Below are positions 12,147 to 22,705 of a stretch of 64,000 bases of DNA, piece by piece (the stretch's first letter is position 1; every line of letters begins with the position of its first letter). The notes under the pieces were generated by a model. That model saw only the letters and a list, made by a program, of their open reading frames with translations. It had not been told where the DNA came from and searched no databases. Source of the stretch: an uncultured Hormoscilla sp. (lineage in GTDB: Bacteria; Cyanobacteriota; Cyanobacteriia; Cyanobacteriales; Desertifilaceae); the NCBI GenBank assembly GCA_963921275.4, contig OZ001293.3, positions 4,384,001 to 4,448,000 of the forward strand, given 5' to 3'. The translations under genes were made by a program, and so were the position numbers.

Positions 12147-12668
12147 CTAGCGGCAAACTTGTAGCTTTTTATATTGATTCTGCTGGCACAGCCTGCCAAA
12201 GGCTGCAGTAATTTGGGGATATTGCTGCGGGTTGCGATCGTATCTGTTTTTCATCTCCCGGAATTGAGCTGCGGATAATCTATTTTGCTGTAGAATGGAT
12301 TTCGACTGATTGCACAGACTCTGAATTGGCTGGCGAATTTCATTAGAAAAATTGTTGATGTTGATTACCCTGCCCGATGCTATATCGCATTCAAAATCCT
12401 GAGCAGGGCCAGGGTTCTGCCGCAGAGTGGCTTCCCGCGCTAGCTCAATTTCCAGGATAGATTGCGCAAAAGCATTCACCTGTTGCCGATCATATTGTTG
12501 AGCATAAGCTGAGGTCTCAAACTCAATGGTGGCAAAGCTTGGCGATGGGCTAACATCCAAGCCAGGAACCAGTCCCAAAAGCCAACCAACAGTAGAAAGA
12601 GCACCGACAATCAGAGATTTTGACAGCATCTGCTTGGGTTCCGGTCTCTCAAGGTGATAATCGATCAT
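12147..12668 (-). CDS. DUF4168-like exported protein (start uncertain)
   Basis: Signal peptide ending SAYAQ; QVNAFAQSILEIE...LSAAQFREM, paralogous to the neighbouring gene. Confidence 0.55.
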   Translation of the reverse strand: MIDYHLERPEPKQMLSKSLIVGALSTVGWLLGLVPGLDVSPSPSFATIEFETSAYAQQYDRQQVNAFAQSILEIELAREATLRQNPGPAQDFECDIASGRVININNFSNEIRQPIQSLCNQSKSILQQNRLSAAQFREMKNRYDRNPQQYPQITAAFGRLCQQNQYKKLQVCR

Positions 12669-12837
12669 GATTTTGTGTAACAAAAATAGAACTCTCAATC
12701 TTATTAGAGCTATTTTTCGACTATAAGTTCCAGCCCAGGGTTCGTAGTAAGCATTCAAGTGCTTCAGGCGTTCGTAGTAAACACTGAAGAGTGCGTTCGT
12801 ATTCGGAGCGCGGGAACAGGCTTCATGTTACTACAAA

Positions 12838-13836
12838 CTACTGGTAAAGCCGGCAGAGTTCGATAATTTTGCTACTCAGTGCGGACATCTCTTCGGCTCC
12901 TTGCTTGAGGCTGACTTCTAATTCTAGCAGCTTTGGTAATGTCTGTCGCAGTTGCCACAAGTTAAGCCCTGCTACTTCTTGGCGCAGGAAGTAGATGCGT
13001 TTGGGGTTGTGGACTTCTGCTGCTTGTGCTATCTCCCGATCGCGTAGCGTGCGCGCAGCGCATTCGTCCCGCACGCCAGCGACGATCGTCAGTTTCACCC
13101 ATAACCAGGTGCGGAACTGACCTGTTAAGGTGGCTACTATCTTCAAAGCTGGCTCGTTGCGCTCCCTCAGACTGGCGATCGAGCTTAAGGCTTTCCCCAC
13201 ATCCCCTCTTGCGATCGCGCTGGCCAGCTGCAAGCTATTGGTAGCGTTATTTCTGACCAAAGCGTCCACATCTGCCACATCTACTGTCCTGTCAATTACA
13301 TAAAGCCGCAATTTTTCCAATTCATTAAACAGCTGCCGCGTGTTATTACCTACAGAAGAGACTAACAGTTCCGCCGCCTCATCAGTTAGTTTCACTCCTA
13401 CTTCTGCGGCAGCTTTCTTGGCTCGCTGCACCAGCAGGTCTGTTTTCCAAGGGGGAATGAGGGAAAATTCCTGCACTTGGGCATATTTTTGCAATAGTTT
13501 GGTAGACTTAAGTCGTCCATCCGGCTTGCTGCGGCTGGTTAGCAATAGCACCGAGGTTTCCGGTATCGCTGGCAGGGTGCGTTCTAGTTCTGCTAATAGG
13601 GACTGGGAGGCTTGCTGACATAGATTGCTATTTACTAGCCATACTAAACGCTGTCCGGCTCCAAAGGCTGGGGTCATCGCTTGATTGAGTGCCTCGATGA
13701 CGCTATCTGCTCCCGACTCCGAATAGCAAGTATAGTTGAAACTGGCCCAGTTGGGGTCGAGTACCCGATCCCGCAATTGTGCCACTGCTCTTTCAAGGGC
13801 ATAGTCATCCTCTCCCCAGTAAAAGTATATTGACAT
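12838..13836 (-). CDS. holA: DNA polymerase III delta subunit
   Basis: MSIYFYWGEDDY, KPDGRLKSTK, NELEKLRLY and NPKRIYFL. Carries a small in-frame repeat insertion. Confidence 0.93.
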   Translation of the reverse strand: MSIYFYWGEDDYALERAVAQLRDRVLDPNWASFNYTCYSESGADSVIEALNQAMTPAFGAGQRLVWLVNSNLCQQASQSLLAELERTLPAIPETSVLLLTSRSKPDGRLKSTKLLQKYAQVQEFSLIPPWKTDLLVQRAKKAAAEVGVKLTDEAAELLVSSVGNNTRQLFNELEKLRLYVIDRTVDVADVDALVRNNATNSLQLASAIARGDVGKALSSIASLRERNEPALKIVATLTGQFRTWLWVKLTIVAGVRDECAARTLRDREIAQAAEVHNPKRIYFLRQEVAGLNLWQLRQTLPKLLELEVSLKQGAEEMSALSSKIIELCRLYQ

Positions 13837-14392
13837 TCTTATTCCTTTGGTGAATAACTAGAATCAAAATTCTATCTATTAGCTGAAATTGCCAATGACA
13901 CAAATATCAAATCATCACGGTGACACGAGACATAAGTTTTTGTTGAGTAGCGTAGCGTGTTGCCGCTTAACTCAACCTACAGTATTATAGCTGTTATAGC
14001 TAATCATCCGGACTTGATAAGTAGGTCTGCAAAGGTAGAACTGAATCATGTAAAATTTTGTAATTTTGGTGAAAAGGGCTCTATGCTTCTCCCAGAAAGA
14101 GGTTCAGCTATATTAACATTCCAACTTCAACTAACCGCGCAGCGTTGCGAGGCATGAAGCAATCTCGAACCGCGCGCGTTGCGAGGCACGAAGCAATATC
14201 GAACTACTTATTACCGAGTGTGGTCAAAACTCGTTGGTACTCGGCCTCGCCGCCCGAACCCGTGCATGGTCCGGCTACTTCACAACATTGCCCGCCCTTC
14301 GGCTAACGCAGCGCGGGCTATATTACATGCATCTGAGATGCACCCGACTATCAACTACAAGTGAGTGTACCCAATCTAACCGGTGCCCCACT

Positions 14393-14571
14393 GTTGGGGT
14401 TTAAAACCTCTCGGTTGGGGTTTTCAACCTCTCGGTTGGGGTTTTCAACCTCTCGGCTGGGGTTTAAAACCTCTCGGTTGGGGTTTTCAACCTCTCGGTT
14501 AGGGTTTAAAACCTCTCGGTTGGGGTTTTCAACCTCTCGGTTGGGGTTTAAAACCTCTCGGCTGGGGTTTT
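14393..14571. repeat. 21-bp tandem repeat, 8 full copies plus a partial one
   Basis: Unit G(T/C)T(G/A)GGGTTT(AA/TC)AACCTCTCG, head to tail with no spacers. Confidence 0.95.
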
Positions 14572-14782
14572 ATGTGTGGTATTGCGCCCGTTGGTAACCG
14601 TTCACAGTTCCCTGTGAAGAGTTTCCCACTAATACAACTACTTTTGACCACACCCCTTATTACCTGTCTTAAAATAGGCGAGATACCTGTTGGAATAAAC
14701 TGTCCGCAGAGCCTCAGTTATCGTTCCTAGGCAGAGCCTAGGAACGATAGCACCGATCGCGCAGCGTGGCGCAGCCATAGCT

Positions 14783-15184
14783 CTAGCCCATCAAAATCAC
14801 CGTATCAATTACATGAATTATGCCGTTACTCGCCTCAATATCGGCAGCCACCACTATAGCATTTTTCACTTCAAACGGTTCGCCACACCGAATCGGAATT
14901 GGCGAACCTTCTAGGGATGTTAACATCCCTACATCCTGCAATTCTGCCGTTGGATAACGACCCGCTACAACGTGATATGTTAAAATGCGCTGGAGTTGGG
15001 GAACATTCTGCACTAATGTATCCACTGTTCCGGGTAATAACTTCCCAAAGGCATCATCATTGGGGGCAAAAACCGTGAATGGCCCTGGCTGCTGTAATGC
15101 CTCCACTAACCCTGCCACTTTCACCGCCGTTACCAATGTTTGAAACGCATCATTATTTGCAGCAATTTCTACAATATTGGGCAT
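14783..15184 (-). CDS. cupS: Fasciclin-domain protein of the NDH-1(3) complex
   Basis: [13 protein letters not shown] and [10 protein letters not shown]; directly downstream of cupA. Confidence 0.85.
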   Translation of the reverse strand: MPNIVEIAANNDAFQTLVTAVKVAGLVEALQQPGPFTVFAPNDDAFGKLLPGTVDTLVQNVPQLQRILTYHVVAGRYPTAELQDVGMLTSLEGSPIPIRCGEPFEVKNAIVVAADIEASNGIIHVIDTVILMG

Positions 15185-15278
15185 AGCATCCACCTGAATT
15201 TATTTATCTTGACCACAGAAAATGATAAGAGAATAGAAGACCTATTCTCTCTATCTGAATCACTAGACTAATGTCCGA

Positions 15279-16583
15279 TTAACGATAGTCTTGACGTTGA
15301 ATATCACCAAGCCGTGCTTCGGGACGCGCGAAGCGATCGAGTTGGGCTTCAAAAAATTGGCGATTTTTCAGCCGATGTTCGGGTTTGGGATCGTCTAAGG
15401 GATAAAGCAGTGCTGTCCGCAAGGCTTGAATTACAGCAGATGTCACGTTATACATCGATCGCTGGAAGGTAATGCCCAACTGAATCAACATATCATTTTC
15501 CCCCCGGCAATGTTGTTGGTAATATTCTACTAAATAGGGGGGCAAAAAGTGCAGCATATCTTGCATTAACAGTGTGGGAGGAATTCCTGCTGTGCCCACT
15601 GGGAAAACATCCGCGTAGAGAATGCCGTAGTGGAAATCTTTTTGCTCGTCGGGAACTTGTTTGGCTTGGGCGTTGTAGGATTTTGTCCCTCGGAAGGGAG
15701 ATGTCCGATAAAAGATGGCTTCTACGTAGGGTAATGCTGCTTCATAGAGCCACATAAACCCCTTCCTTTTGGGGATAATTTCATAACATTCACCCCGAAT
15801 GTAAGCATGGTGATAAATCGGCCTTCCTGCGGCGATGAAAATCACGTTCACCAGAAAATTCATCGCATCCGTGACGGTCTTAAATTCTCCGGCATCGTAG
15901 CGATCGCTCATTTCAAAGAATACCGGAGCCATCACTTCCCAAAACAGCCCCAAGTTGGCATAGTAGGAGAGTTCCCGTACTTTTTCATAGAACATCTCCG
16001 GGAATAGTTTATACAGTCCCAGCATCAAAGGGTTGAATTTGAAATAGGCTTTGATGGCCCGATCGGCGTTGGTGATGTATTCTGAACTTTCGAGGTAGTC
16101 GTTGAATTGGCCTCCCATGCCCTGATGCCAGAGCATGGCCCGCATGCAGGCTTCGGCAAATTCCATGTTAATGCGATCGTGCCAGAGGTGATGGAACAAT
16201 TTAGGGAGTTTTTTCTTTAACTCTCCTTTTTCCATAAACTCCAGTAATTCCGGGTGGGCGCTAGCTTTTCCTTTTTGCCACACCCGATAATCTGCCGTAT
16301 CCCCTGCATAGTGGTTGGGGAGGTCTAAATACTCTTGAGGCAGGAAGTATTTAAAGAAGGGCAGGGGATTGAGAAACGCTCGCTCGGCAATGTAGAGCAG
16401 ATCGCGCCAGTAGAAATCCATCGGCACGGCATAGGCTTTGTAAATGCCGATAATTTGCATCAAGTTTTCTGGCGTATCTGGTAACATCGAGCCGCCTGCT
16501 TCCAGGCGATGAATAATCTCAGCGTATTTGTGAGTGGAGGGAGGGAGTTGCGTGGTTGTAGAATCAAGAGTTGCAGACATCAT
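15279..16583 (-). CDS. cupA: CO2 hydration protein ChpY/CupA
   Basis: RLEAGGSMLPDTPENL, HLWHDRINMEFAE, GIPPTLLMQDM; 434 aa; operon context. Confidence 0.95.
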   Translation of the reverse strand: MMSATLDSTTTQLPPSTHKYAEIIHRLEAGGSMLPDTPENLMQIIGIYKAYAVPMDFYWRDLLYIAERAFLNPLPFFKYFLPQEYLDLPNHYAGDTADYRVWQKGKASAHPELLEFMEKGELKKKLPKLFHHLWHDRINMEFAEACMRAMLWHQGMGGQFNDYLESSEYITNADRAIKAYFKFNPLMLGLYKLFPEMFYEKVRELSYYANLGLFWEVMAPVFFEMSDRYDAGEFKTVTDAMNFLVNVIFIAAGRPIYHHAYIRGECYEIIPKRKGFMWLYEAALPYVEAIFYRTSPFRGTKSYNAQAKQVPDEQKDFHYGILYADVFPVGTAGIPPTLLMQDMLHFLPPYLVEYYQQHCRGENDMLIQLGITFQRSMYNVTSAVIQALRTALLYPLDDPKPEHRLKNRQFFEAQLDRFARPEARLGDIQRQDYR

Positions 16584-16671
16584 ATTGGAGTTTGGAGTAG
16601 GGGGGCATCAAGTTGTCTAATAGCATTTTGTCAAAATAATATTCTTAGTCGGTTTTAACCGACTTGAGCTT

Positions 16672-18189
16672 TTAGCCGGGGGTTAAAACCCCCGGCGGGC
16701 TAACAGCGAAGTGAGGCATTTGAACGATCGCCGGGTTGTGTAATTCAGCTACGAGGCTGGTAGTAGTGGGTTCCATCCAGCGCAGCAACCAGTTGGGTTG
16801 CACACCTAAAAAGAGGATGATTGCAGTCATCACTAAAGCGGGCCATTGTTCGTTAAGGGTGACGCGGGTGTAGTAGGCGCGGGCATTGTCCAGCCTGCCG
16901 AAACAAGTACGGTTAATGAGGATGACAAAATACACTGCCGTTAACCCAGAAGAGATGATACAGAGGAGGGTGGGGATGGGGAAGGTGGCGAAACTGCCTT
17001 GGAAAACGATGAATTCTGCCGCAAACCCAACCAGTCCGGGGATTCCCGCGCTGGCCATGCCTGCGAGAATTAGCAAGGCACTGGTGAGGGGAAGGCCGCG
17101 AATTGGATTCATTAACCCGTTGAGAATATCCAGATCCCGGGTTCCGGTGGTAAGTTCTACAGTTCCCACCAAGAAGAACAGCAGGGCCAGAATTAAACCG
17201 TGAGCAATCATTTGGGCGATCGCACCTAGCACGCTCAACTCCGTGCCTGCGGCGGCGGCCACGAGAATATAGCCCATGTGACCGATGGAACTGTAGGCCA
17301 CCATCCGTTTGATGTCCCGTTGGGCGATCGCATTCATGGCACCGTAGATGACACTCACGGTGCCGATAATAGCCAAACCAGGGGCAACCAGCTGCCAGGC
17401 GACCCCGAAGAGTTGCAACCCGAAGCGTAAGAGACCGTAGGTGCCCAACTTAGCGAAAATGCCACCCAGTAAGATTGTCGTTCCCGGGGAGGCTTCAACG
17501 TAGGTGTCTGGCATCCAGGTATGCAGGGGAACCAGGGGCGTTTTAATCCCGAAACCGATCAGTAAGGCAGTCAGCAAAAACAGTTGTGGAATCAAATCCA
17601 GGTTTTGCACGTCAATAGCGCCGAACTCAAAGGTGGGGGGGGATTCACCGCTGAAGGCAATGCCCAAGAAACCCGCGATTACGAGTAACCCGGAAACAGC
17701 AGTATAGAGCAGAAATTTTGTCGAAGCATAGCCCCGTTTTTCACCGCCCCAAATGGCAATCAGCAGGTAGAACGGGATGAGTTCCAACTCATAGAAAATG
17801 ATGAAGAGGAGCAGGTTTTGGGCTATGAGTGCCCCGGCAATCCCGCCATTGATCAGCAGAATGAGGCTGTCATGGAAGCGGAATCGTTCCCGGCGATCGC
17901 CACTGGTGTAGAGGGCGATCGCTGTCAGGAGGCTATTTAAGACCAACAGGGGCAGGGATAGCCCATCAACCCCCAGGCTGTAGTTGAGACCGATGGGCTT
18001 AACCCAGGCATGAAATTCTGTAAACTGGAATTCCCCCAGGCTGAGGTCAAATTGACTCAGAAGATAGACCGTCCACCCAAAGCTGGCCAGGCTGAACAGA
18101 GTCGCGATCGCGCGACTGGCTTGGGGTTTTGGGTAAAGCACGATCGCGATCGCGCCCAGCAGGGGAATCAGGAGTAATGGCGTTAGCAT
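16672..18189 (-). CDS. ndhD3: NAD(P)H-quinone oxidoreductase subunit D3
   Basis: NuoM-type membrane protein (GVDGLSLPL, KTPLVPLHTW, AYSSIGHMG) between ndhF3 and cupA. Confidence 0.92.
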   Translation of the reverse strand: MLTPLLLIPLLGAIAIVLYPKPQASRAIATLFSLASFGWTVYLLSQFDLSLGEFQFTEFHAWVKPIGLNYSLGVDGLSLPLLVLNSLLTAIALYTSGDRRERFRFHDSLILLINGGIAGALIAQNLLLFIIFYELELIPFYLLIAIWGGEKRGYASTKFLLYTAVSGLLVIAGFLGIAFSGESPPTFEFGAIDVQNLDLIPQLFLLTALLIGFGIKTPLVPLHTWMPDTYVEASPGTTILLGGIFAKLGTYGLLRFGLQLFGVAWQLVAPGLAIIGTVSVIYGAMNAIAQRDIKRMVAYSSIGHMGYILVAAAAGTELSVLGAIAQMIAHGLILALLFFLVGTVELTTGTRDLDILNGLMNPIRGLPLTSALLILAGMASAGIPGLVGFAAEFIVFQGSFATFPIPTLLCIISSGLTAVYFVILINRTCFGRLDNARAYYTRVTLNEQWPALVMTAIILFLGVQPNWLLRWMEPTTTSLVAELHNPAIVQMPHFAVSPPGVLTPG

Positions 18190-18254
18190 GAGTTGTTAAT
18201 TCTCTCATTCAAACATTCAAAATTCAGAATTAAATGGTGTTAAAAGGGTTTAAT

Positions 18255-20099
18255 TTACAAGATGGATAGATTCAAACCAGACAAAACGGGGTAGCAGAGT
18301 ACCAACCCAAACAGGATCGTGCCCAGCAGGATCGAGAGGGCATAGAACTGCACCTGTCCAGTGGTGTTGTATTTCAGGCTTTGACCGCTGGCCATCGTAA
18401 ATAGTCCGACCAAATTCACGGCACCATCCACAAGGATGCGATCGCACCAATCGATCGCCTTGGCCACAAATCCCACTATGGCAATGACCGTCACTTTATA
18501 CAGTTGCGCCGTGTAGAAGTCGTAGGCGAAGAAATCTTGCACGGCGGGTACGGGTAGGCAAATTGGTTTAGACACAGTGGGCAAAGCATAGAGGAAAAGT
18601 CCCACTCCCCCACCGATCGCGGTTGAACCCATTAGTAATAAGGTGGCGGGTTGCCTCACCAATGCCAGCTCCGGTAATATACCCAAGACAGCCAACATTT
18701 GCGGCAAATGCAGGGCAAAACCGAGTAATATTGTCATCGGCAACACCAATGCCCATAATCCTTCGGGCGATCGCCGCGTCCAATCCGTTGCCAGGCCAGT
18801 AAAGACTTGACCAAAGACCCGTGCTAAACTACACGCGGTTAATCCATTCACCAGTAACAGCAGGGTCAGCAACAGAGGCGGTAAACCATTGGCAATAGTT
18901 GCCAGCCCCCAGAAGCAACCGAGGGGCGGCACTGCCACTAAGGACAAAGCCCCGACGACAAAGCAGATGCCGGAAATGGGGCGACGTTGCCAGAGCCCTC
19001 CCAGTTGGGTAACATCTTGGGAAATATTGTTCAGGATGATGCCACCGATGCTCATCAGGAGCAGAGCCATGGCGATCGCATAGGTCAAGAGCAACATCAA
19101 CGCCGCTTCACTCTGTCCCGTCCCGACGGCGACGAACACTACACCCAGATAGGCACTGGTGGCGTAGGAAAAGACCCGCTTAATATCAACCTGGGCCAGG
19201 GCGATCGCGGCACAACTGACCGCCGTAAACGCACCGACCCAAATTTCCGCATTCGCGACCAGGGGCGAGAGGGCGAGAATGGGCTGCATCTTAATCAGCA
19301 CCCAGGCCCCAGTTGAAACCACCACCGCATTCCGCAGCACCGTTGCAGGCATTGGCCCTTCCATCGCTTCATCGAGCCAGAGTTGCAGGGGGAATTGGGC
19401 GCATTTACCCAAGGGGCCCGCAAGGAGGGCTAAACCCAGAAGGGTGGCAACTGTCGGATCCAGTTCTACCACACTGGCCCAAGCGGTCAGTTCGTCATAG
19501 TTCCAAGTGCCTGCCAGTGGATAAAGGGCCACCACTCCCATCAGCAACACCAAGTCACCCACCCGCTTCGTGAGGAAGCCATCCCGCGCCCCCGTCACCA
19601 CCAGGGATTGATTAAACCAAAAACCAATCAACAGGTAGGTTCCCAAGGTCAGGATTTCCAGCATCACGTAGCTGAAAAAGAGTGAATTGGCGAGCATCAG
19701 GGCGCTCATCCCGGCTTCAAAAAACGCGAGGAGGGCGTAGAACCGCGCCCAACCCCAGTCTGTTTCCATATAGGCGATCGCATATATCTGGGTCAGGGCA
19801 TTCAAGCCCAAGATTACGACCAGTGCCCCCACCGTCGTCGCCGAAGCCTCTACATCAAAGGCAATATCCAGATTCGCGGCATGGAGCCAATTGACCGAAA
19901 AATGCATCGGTGCCGACCAAACCTCCCGTAGGGCGAAGAGGCTATGCACCAAAGCCGCAAGAGTCATCAGCAAATTCACATAGCCCGCTGGTCGGGGGCC
20001 AGAGCGGCGAATCAGACCGGGCGACCAGGGCACCGTCAGCACTGCACCGAGGAGGGCGTAGAGCGGGACTAACCAAATGGTTTGACTAAAGGTATCCAT
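18255..20099 (-). CDS. ndhF3: NAD(P)H-quinone oxidoreductase subunit F3
   Basis: GPRPAGYVN, DWGWARF, KCAQFPLQLWLDEAMEGP. Start taken at MDTFSQ (the ORF extends to 20138). Confidence 0.93.
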   Translation of the reverse strand: MDTFSQTIWLVPLYALLGAVLTVPWSPGLIRRSGPRPAGYVNLLMTLAALVHSLFALREVWSAPMHFSVNWLHAANLDIAFDVEASATTVGALVVILGLNALTQIYAIAYMETDWGWARFYALLAFFEAGMSALMLANSLFFSYVMLEILTLGTYLLIGFWFNQSLVVTGARDGFLTKRVGDLVLLMGVVALYPLAGTWNYDELTAWASVVELDPTVATLLGLALLAGPLGKCAQFPLQLWLDEAMEGPMPATVLRNAVVVSTGAWVLIKMQPILALSPLVANAEIWVGAFTAVSCAAIALAQVDIKRVFSYATSAYLGVVFVAVGTGQSEAALMLLLTYAIAMALLLMSIGGIILNNISQDVTQLGGLWQRRPISGICFVVGALSLVAVPPLGCFWGLATIANGLPPLLLTLLLLVNGLTACSLARVFGQVFTGLATDWTRRSPEGLWALVLPMTILLGFALHLPQMLAVLGILPELALVRQPATLLLMGSTAIGGGVGLFLYALPTVSKPICLPVPAVQDFFAYDFYTAQLYKVTVIAIVGFVAKAIDWCDRILVDGAVNLVGLFTMASGQSLKYNTTGQVQFYALSILLGTILFGLVLCYPVLSGLNLSIL

Positions 20100-20164
20100 T
20101 TCCGAATGGGCGATCCATAGGGGTGATATATTCGCCATAGCCTAGTAACATGGATAAACCAGGG

Positions 20165-20260
20165 GGAAGACGATAGATTATTATCTAATTTTGTCTGGTA
20201 CTGCATTGCTAAAAGTCTATGACTTGCTCCCTATCATAGATTGTTTTATTAAAAAAAACA
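20165..20260 (-). promoter_or_regulatory. Putative LysR (NdhR/CcmR) operator region upstream of ndhF3
   Basis: AT-rich region with ATAG-N8-CTAA at ~20173. ndhF3 operons are known CcmR targets. Imperfect match. Confidence 0.3.
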
Positions 20261-20432
20261 ACAAAATTGGCTTATATTCATGATTAAGGGATATAATGCT
20301 TAAGCTTGGGCGTTGGCGTAGCCGGTCAGCTACACTGAAAAGAAACCCGGTTTCTGGCCCCCGCGCTCACGCCCCCCGAACCCGACTAGAAGATGGAGAA
20401 CCTATATTGTCATGACTCAATTTCCCTAGGTT

Positions 20433-20771
20433 ATGAAATTACCCAAGGGCGATCGAGCCGAAATATCCATGCAAAAACTGGTTGGTTATTGCTTGAACCC
20501 AGAACATCATAGCGGCAAACATAAAGCTAGAGTATTCAAGTCCCGCTTGGGACTGGAAGCCGAAAATGCCGAGCAATTGCGAGAGCTTATCCAAAACACC
20601 GCGATTGCAGGGGAAGTTGTCAAGCAAGATACCACAGATTTTGGTATACAATATAAAGTGGATTGGGCTGTACCCGAAACTGATGGGGTTCAACTGCGGA
20701 CAATCCGGGAAATTACCCCAGAAAATGTAAATCCTCGTTTAGTATCTGCATTCATTAAGTCAAGAAGATGA
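20433..20771 (+). CDS. DUF6883-like protein
   Basis: KLVGYCLNPEHHSGKHKARVF...PRLVSAF; overlaps the start of a DUF4926 gene. Confidence 0.7.
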   Translation: MKLPKGDRAEISMQKLVGYCLNPEHHSGKHKARVFKSRLGLEAENAEQLRELIQNTAIAGEVVKQDTTDFGIQYKVDWAVPETDGVQLRTIREITPENVNPRLVSAFIKSRR

Positions 20772-21028
20772 AAAAATTTAACCTGTTGGACACAGTGGCG
20801 CTAATCAACTAAATTCCGAGATCGAGATTGACTTTAGTAGATGATGATTGCGAAGATATCGAAAGTTTACCGCCCGGGCAAGTAGGAACGATCGTTGAAG
20901 TCTACGATCGAGCAGAAGGTTGCCAATATTTGATCGAGTTTTCTGACCAAACAGGCTGTGAATATGCGATGGCAATCTTAAAAGCAGAAGAATTTTTAGT
21001 TCTGCATTATGAGTTAACTGCTGCTTAA
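20768..21028 (+). pseudogene. DUF4926 protein with an internal TAA at 20810-20812
   Basis: MKKFNLLDTVALIN*...LPPGQVGTIVEVY...YLIEFSD in a single frame. Confidence 0.75.
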
Positions 21029-21052
21029 TCAGGGGAGACGGCAATATCCCGG

Positions 21053-22363
21053 TTATTTGCTTTCCGAAAGAATGCTCAACTGCACGGCATCCCCGTGTTG
21101 TAAGGGTTTGCTACTGCGGACGACAAACCTTTCTCCTGGTTCTAAGCCAGATGTGATTAATGCTTGTCCGTCCGCCCGATCGCCGATAATTACCTTACGA
21201 GCAGAGGCTCGTGCAGTGTTTTCTACTCCACTGATTACAAATAAGGTGGCTACATTGCCTTCAAGGTCTGACAATGCTGTAGTACTGACAACTAATCCCT
21301 GACTATTTTGAGATGTAAAGCTTACTCGTGCTAGCAGTCCGCTGCCCAAACGCCCGTTAATATTAGGAATGGTAACTTCTACAGGCACCTGTCGCGCCAC
21401 AGGATCGGCGGCGGGGGAGATGCGAGTTACTCTACCAGGAAATTCTTGATGAGGAAATGCGTCTAGCTTGACTTGCACTGACTGTCCTATACTAATCTGA
21501 CCTAGCTGCAATTCAGAAATATTCACTACTACTTTCACTCGGCTGAAGTCCCCCAGCTTGACTATTTCATCACCTTCACGCACCAGGTTGCCCGGTTCGG
21601 TGACTTTGGCCAAGACAGTACCGGTAATAGGAGAAGTCAGTTCGGCATGAGACTGGCGTTCTTGTGTTTGCCTGAGCACTGCTTGTTGGGCGACAACGCG
21701 CTTGCGGGCCGCTGCGACAGCTTTTTTCTGGATGCTGACTTGTGCTTCTGCAGAACGCAGGATCTGTTGAGCGGCGCGAGCAGCAGTTTGGGCTAACTCG
21801 GCATCTTGTTGAGAAACTGCTCCTTCTTGGAAGAGGGTTTGCAGTCGCTGGGCATCAGCTATGAGCTGTTCTAATTCTACTCGCGCTTGTTCTACCCGCG
21901 CTTCCGCTTCTAAGACCTGGTTTCTGGCCCTAGCTATTTCTACTGCCCGTGCAGATAGTTCTGCTTGTGCCTCCATCACCTCCGCAACGGGAAGCGTATT
22001 ATCCAACTGGGCCAGAACTTGACCGCGAGTTACCTTGTCCCCCGCATCTACGCCGAGAAACAGCAGCTGTCCCTCCGTTCGCGATCGCACGGATACATGC
22101 TGTATCGGTTCCGTCGTACCATTAAACTCTAACCCTTGTCTCAGGGAGTCAGTGCGGGCGATCGCCACATCAACTGGTATCTTCGTTTTGCTAGACTCTG
22201 CCCTAGGGGGGTTATACCTTGCTTCTGCTTCTTGCTTGGGTATCCTGCCGCAACCCGCAGTCCCCATGAGAATTGCTACCAGGATTGCTTGCTGCCAAAG
22301 CTTGCCCTGAGGATAATTTTGTGCTCTCTTCGCCTGCGCATCGAATGGATCTAGTTGCCTCAT
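21053..22363 (-). CDS. RND efflux periplasmic adaptor (membrane fusion protein)
   Basis: Lipobox TAGC, biotinyl-lipoyl halves (VRSRTEG; SPITGTV), coiled coil, GRVTRISPAADP. Confidence 0.9.
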   Translation of the reverse strand: MRQLDPFDAQAKRAQNYPQGKLWQQAILVAILMGTAGCGRIPKQEAEARYNPPRAESSKTKIPVDVAIARTDSLRQGLEFNGTTEPIQHVSVRSRTEGQLLFLGVDAGDKVTRGQVLAQLDNTLPVAEVMEAQAELSARAVEIARARNQVLEAEARVEQARVELEQLIADAQRLQTLFQEGAVSQQDAELAQTAARAAQQILRSAEAQVSIQKKAVAAARKRVVAQQAVLRQTQERQSHAELTSPITGTVLAKVTEPGNLVREGDEIVKLGDFSRVKVVVNISELQLGQISIGQSVQVKLDAFPHQEFPGRVTRISPAADPVARQVPVEVTIPNINGRLGSGLLARVSFTSQNSQGLVVSTTALSDLEGNVATLFVISGVENTARASARKVIIGDRADGQALITSGLEPGERFVVRSSKPLQHGDAVQLSILSESK

Positions 22364-22450
22364 GGTATTTTGCCCCCTTGTCGCCTCATAATTTATACTG
22401 TCTGACAGGCAACATGAGCTGTTCGTCCATCTTTTTTCTATTCCCTGCCT

Positions 22451-22705
22451 TTAACCACAGATACGCTCTCTCCCAGTATAAACATTAAGCCGCTGCTCGC
22501 GCAAGCATCCCACTAAAGTGATATTGAATTCCCGCACCAGAGACACTGCTAAACTACTAGGTGCGGACGATGTCTCCGGGGTTTTTGCGTCAGCGCAGCG
22601 CAGCCGCGGCTGCATGCATCCCGGAGACATCGGAACTGTACAAACGATCTGCACCCCAGCGCGTCAACTTTTCTGTAATAGTTCAAAGCTAGCTCGTCCG
22701 CTAAG
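22451..22705 (-). pseudogene. fdhD: FdhD sulfurtransferase C-terminal remnant interrupted by a MITE
   Basis: GRASFELLQK...SAPSSLAVSL.REFNITLVG.LRE.RLNVYTG; insertion at 22569-22631. Confidence 0.75.

Noticed and set aside
14393..14571. CRISPR array, or the 78-aa ORF 14361..14597
   Set aside because: Head-to-tail repeats without unique spacers and no cas genes; the ORF is just the translated repeat.
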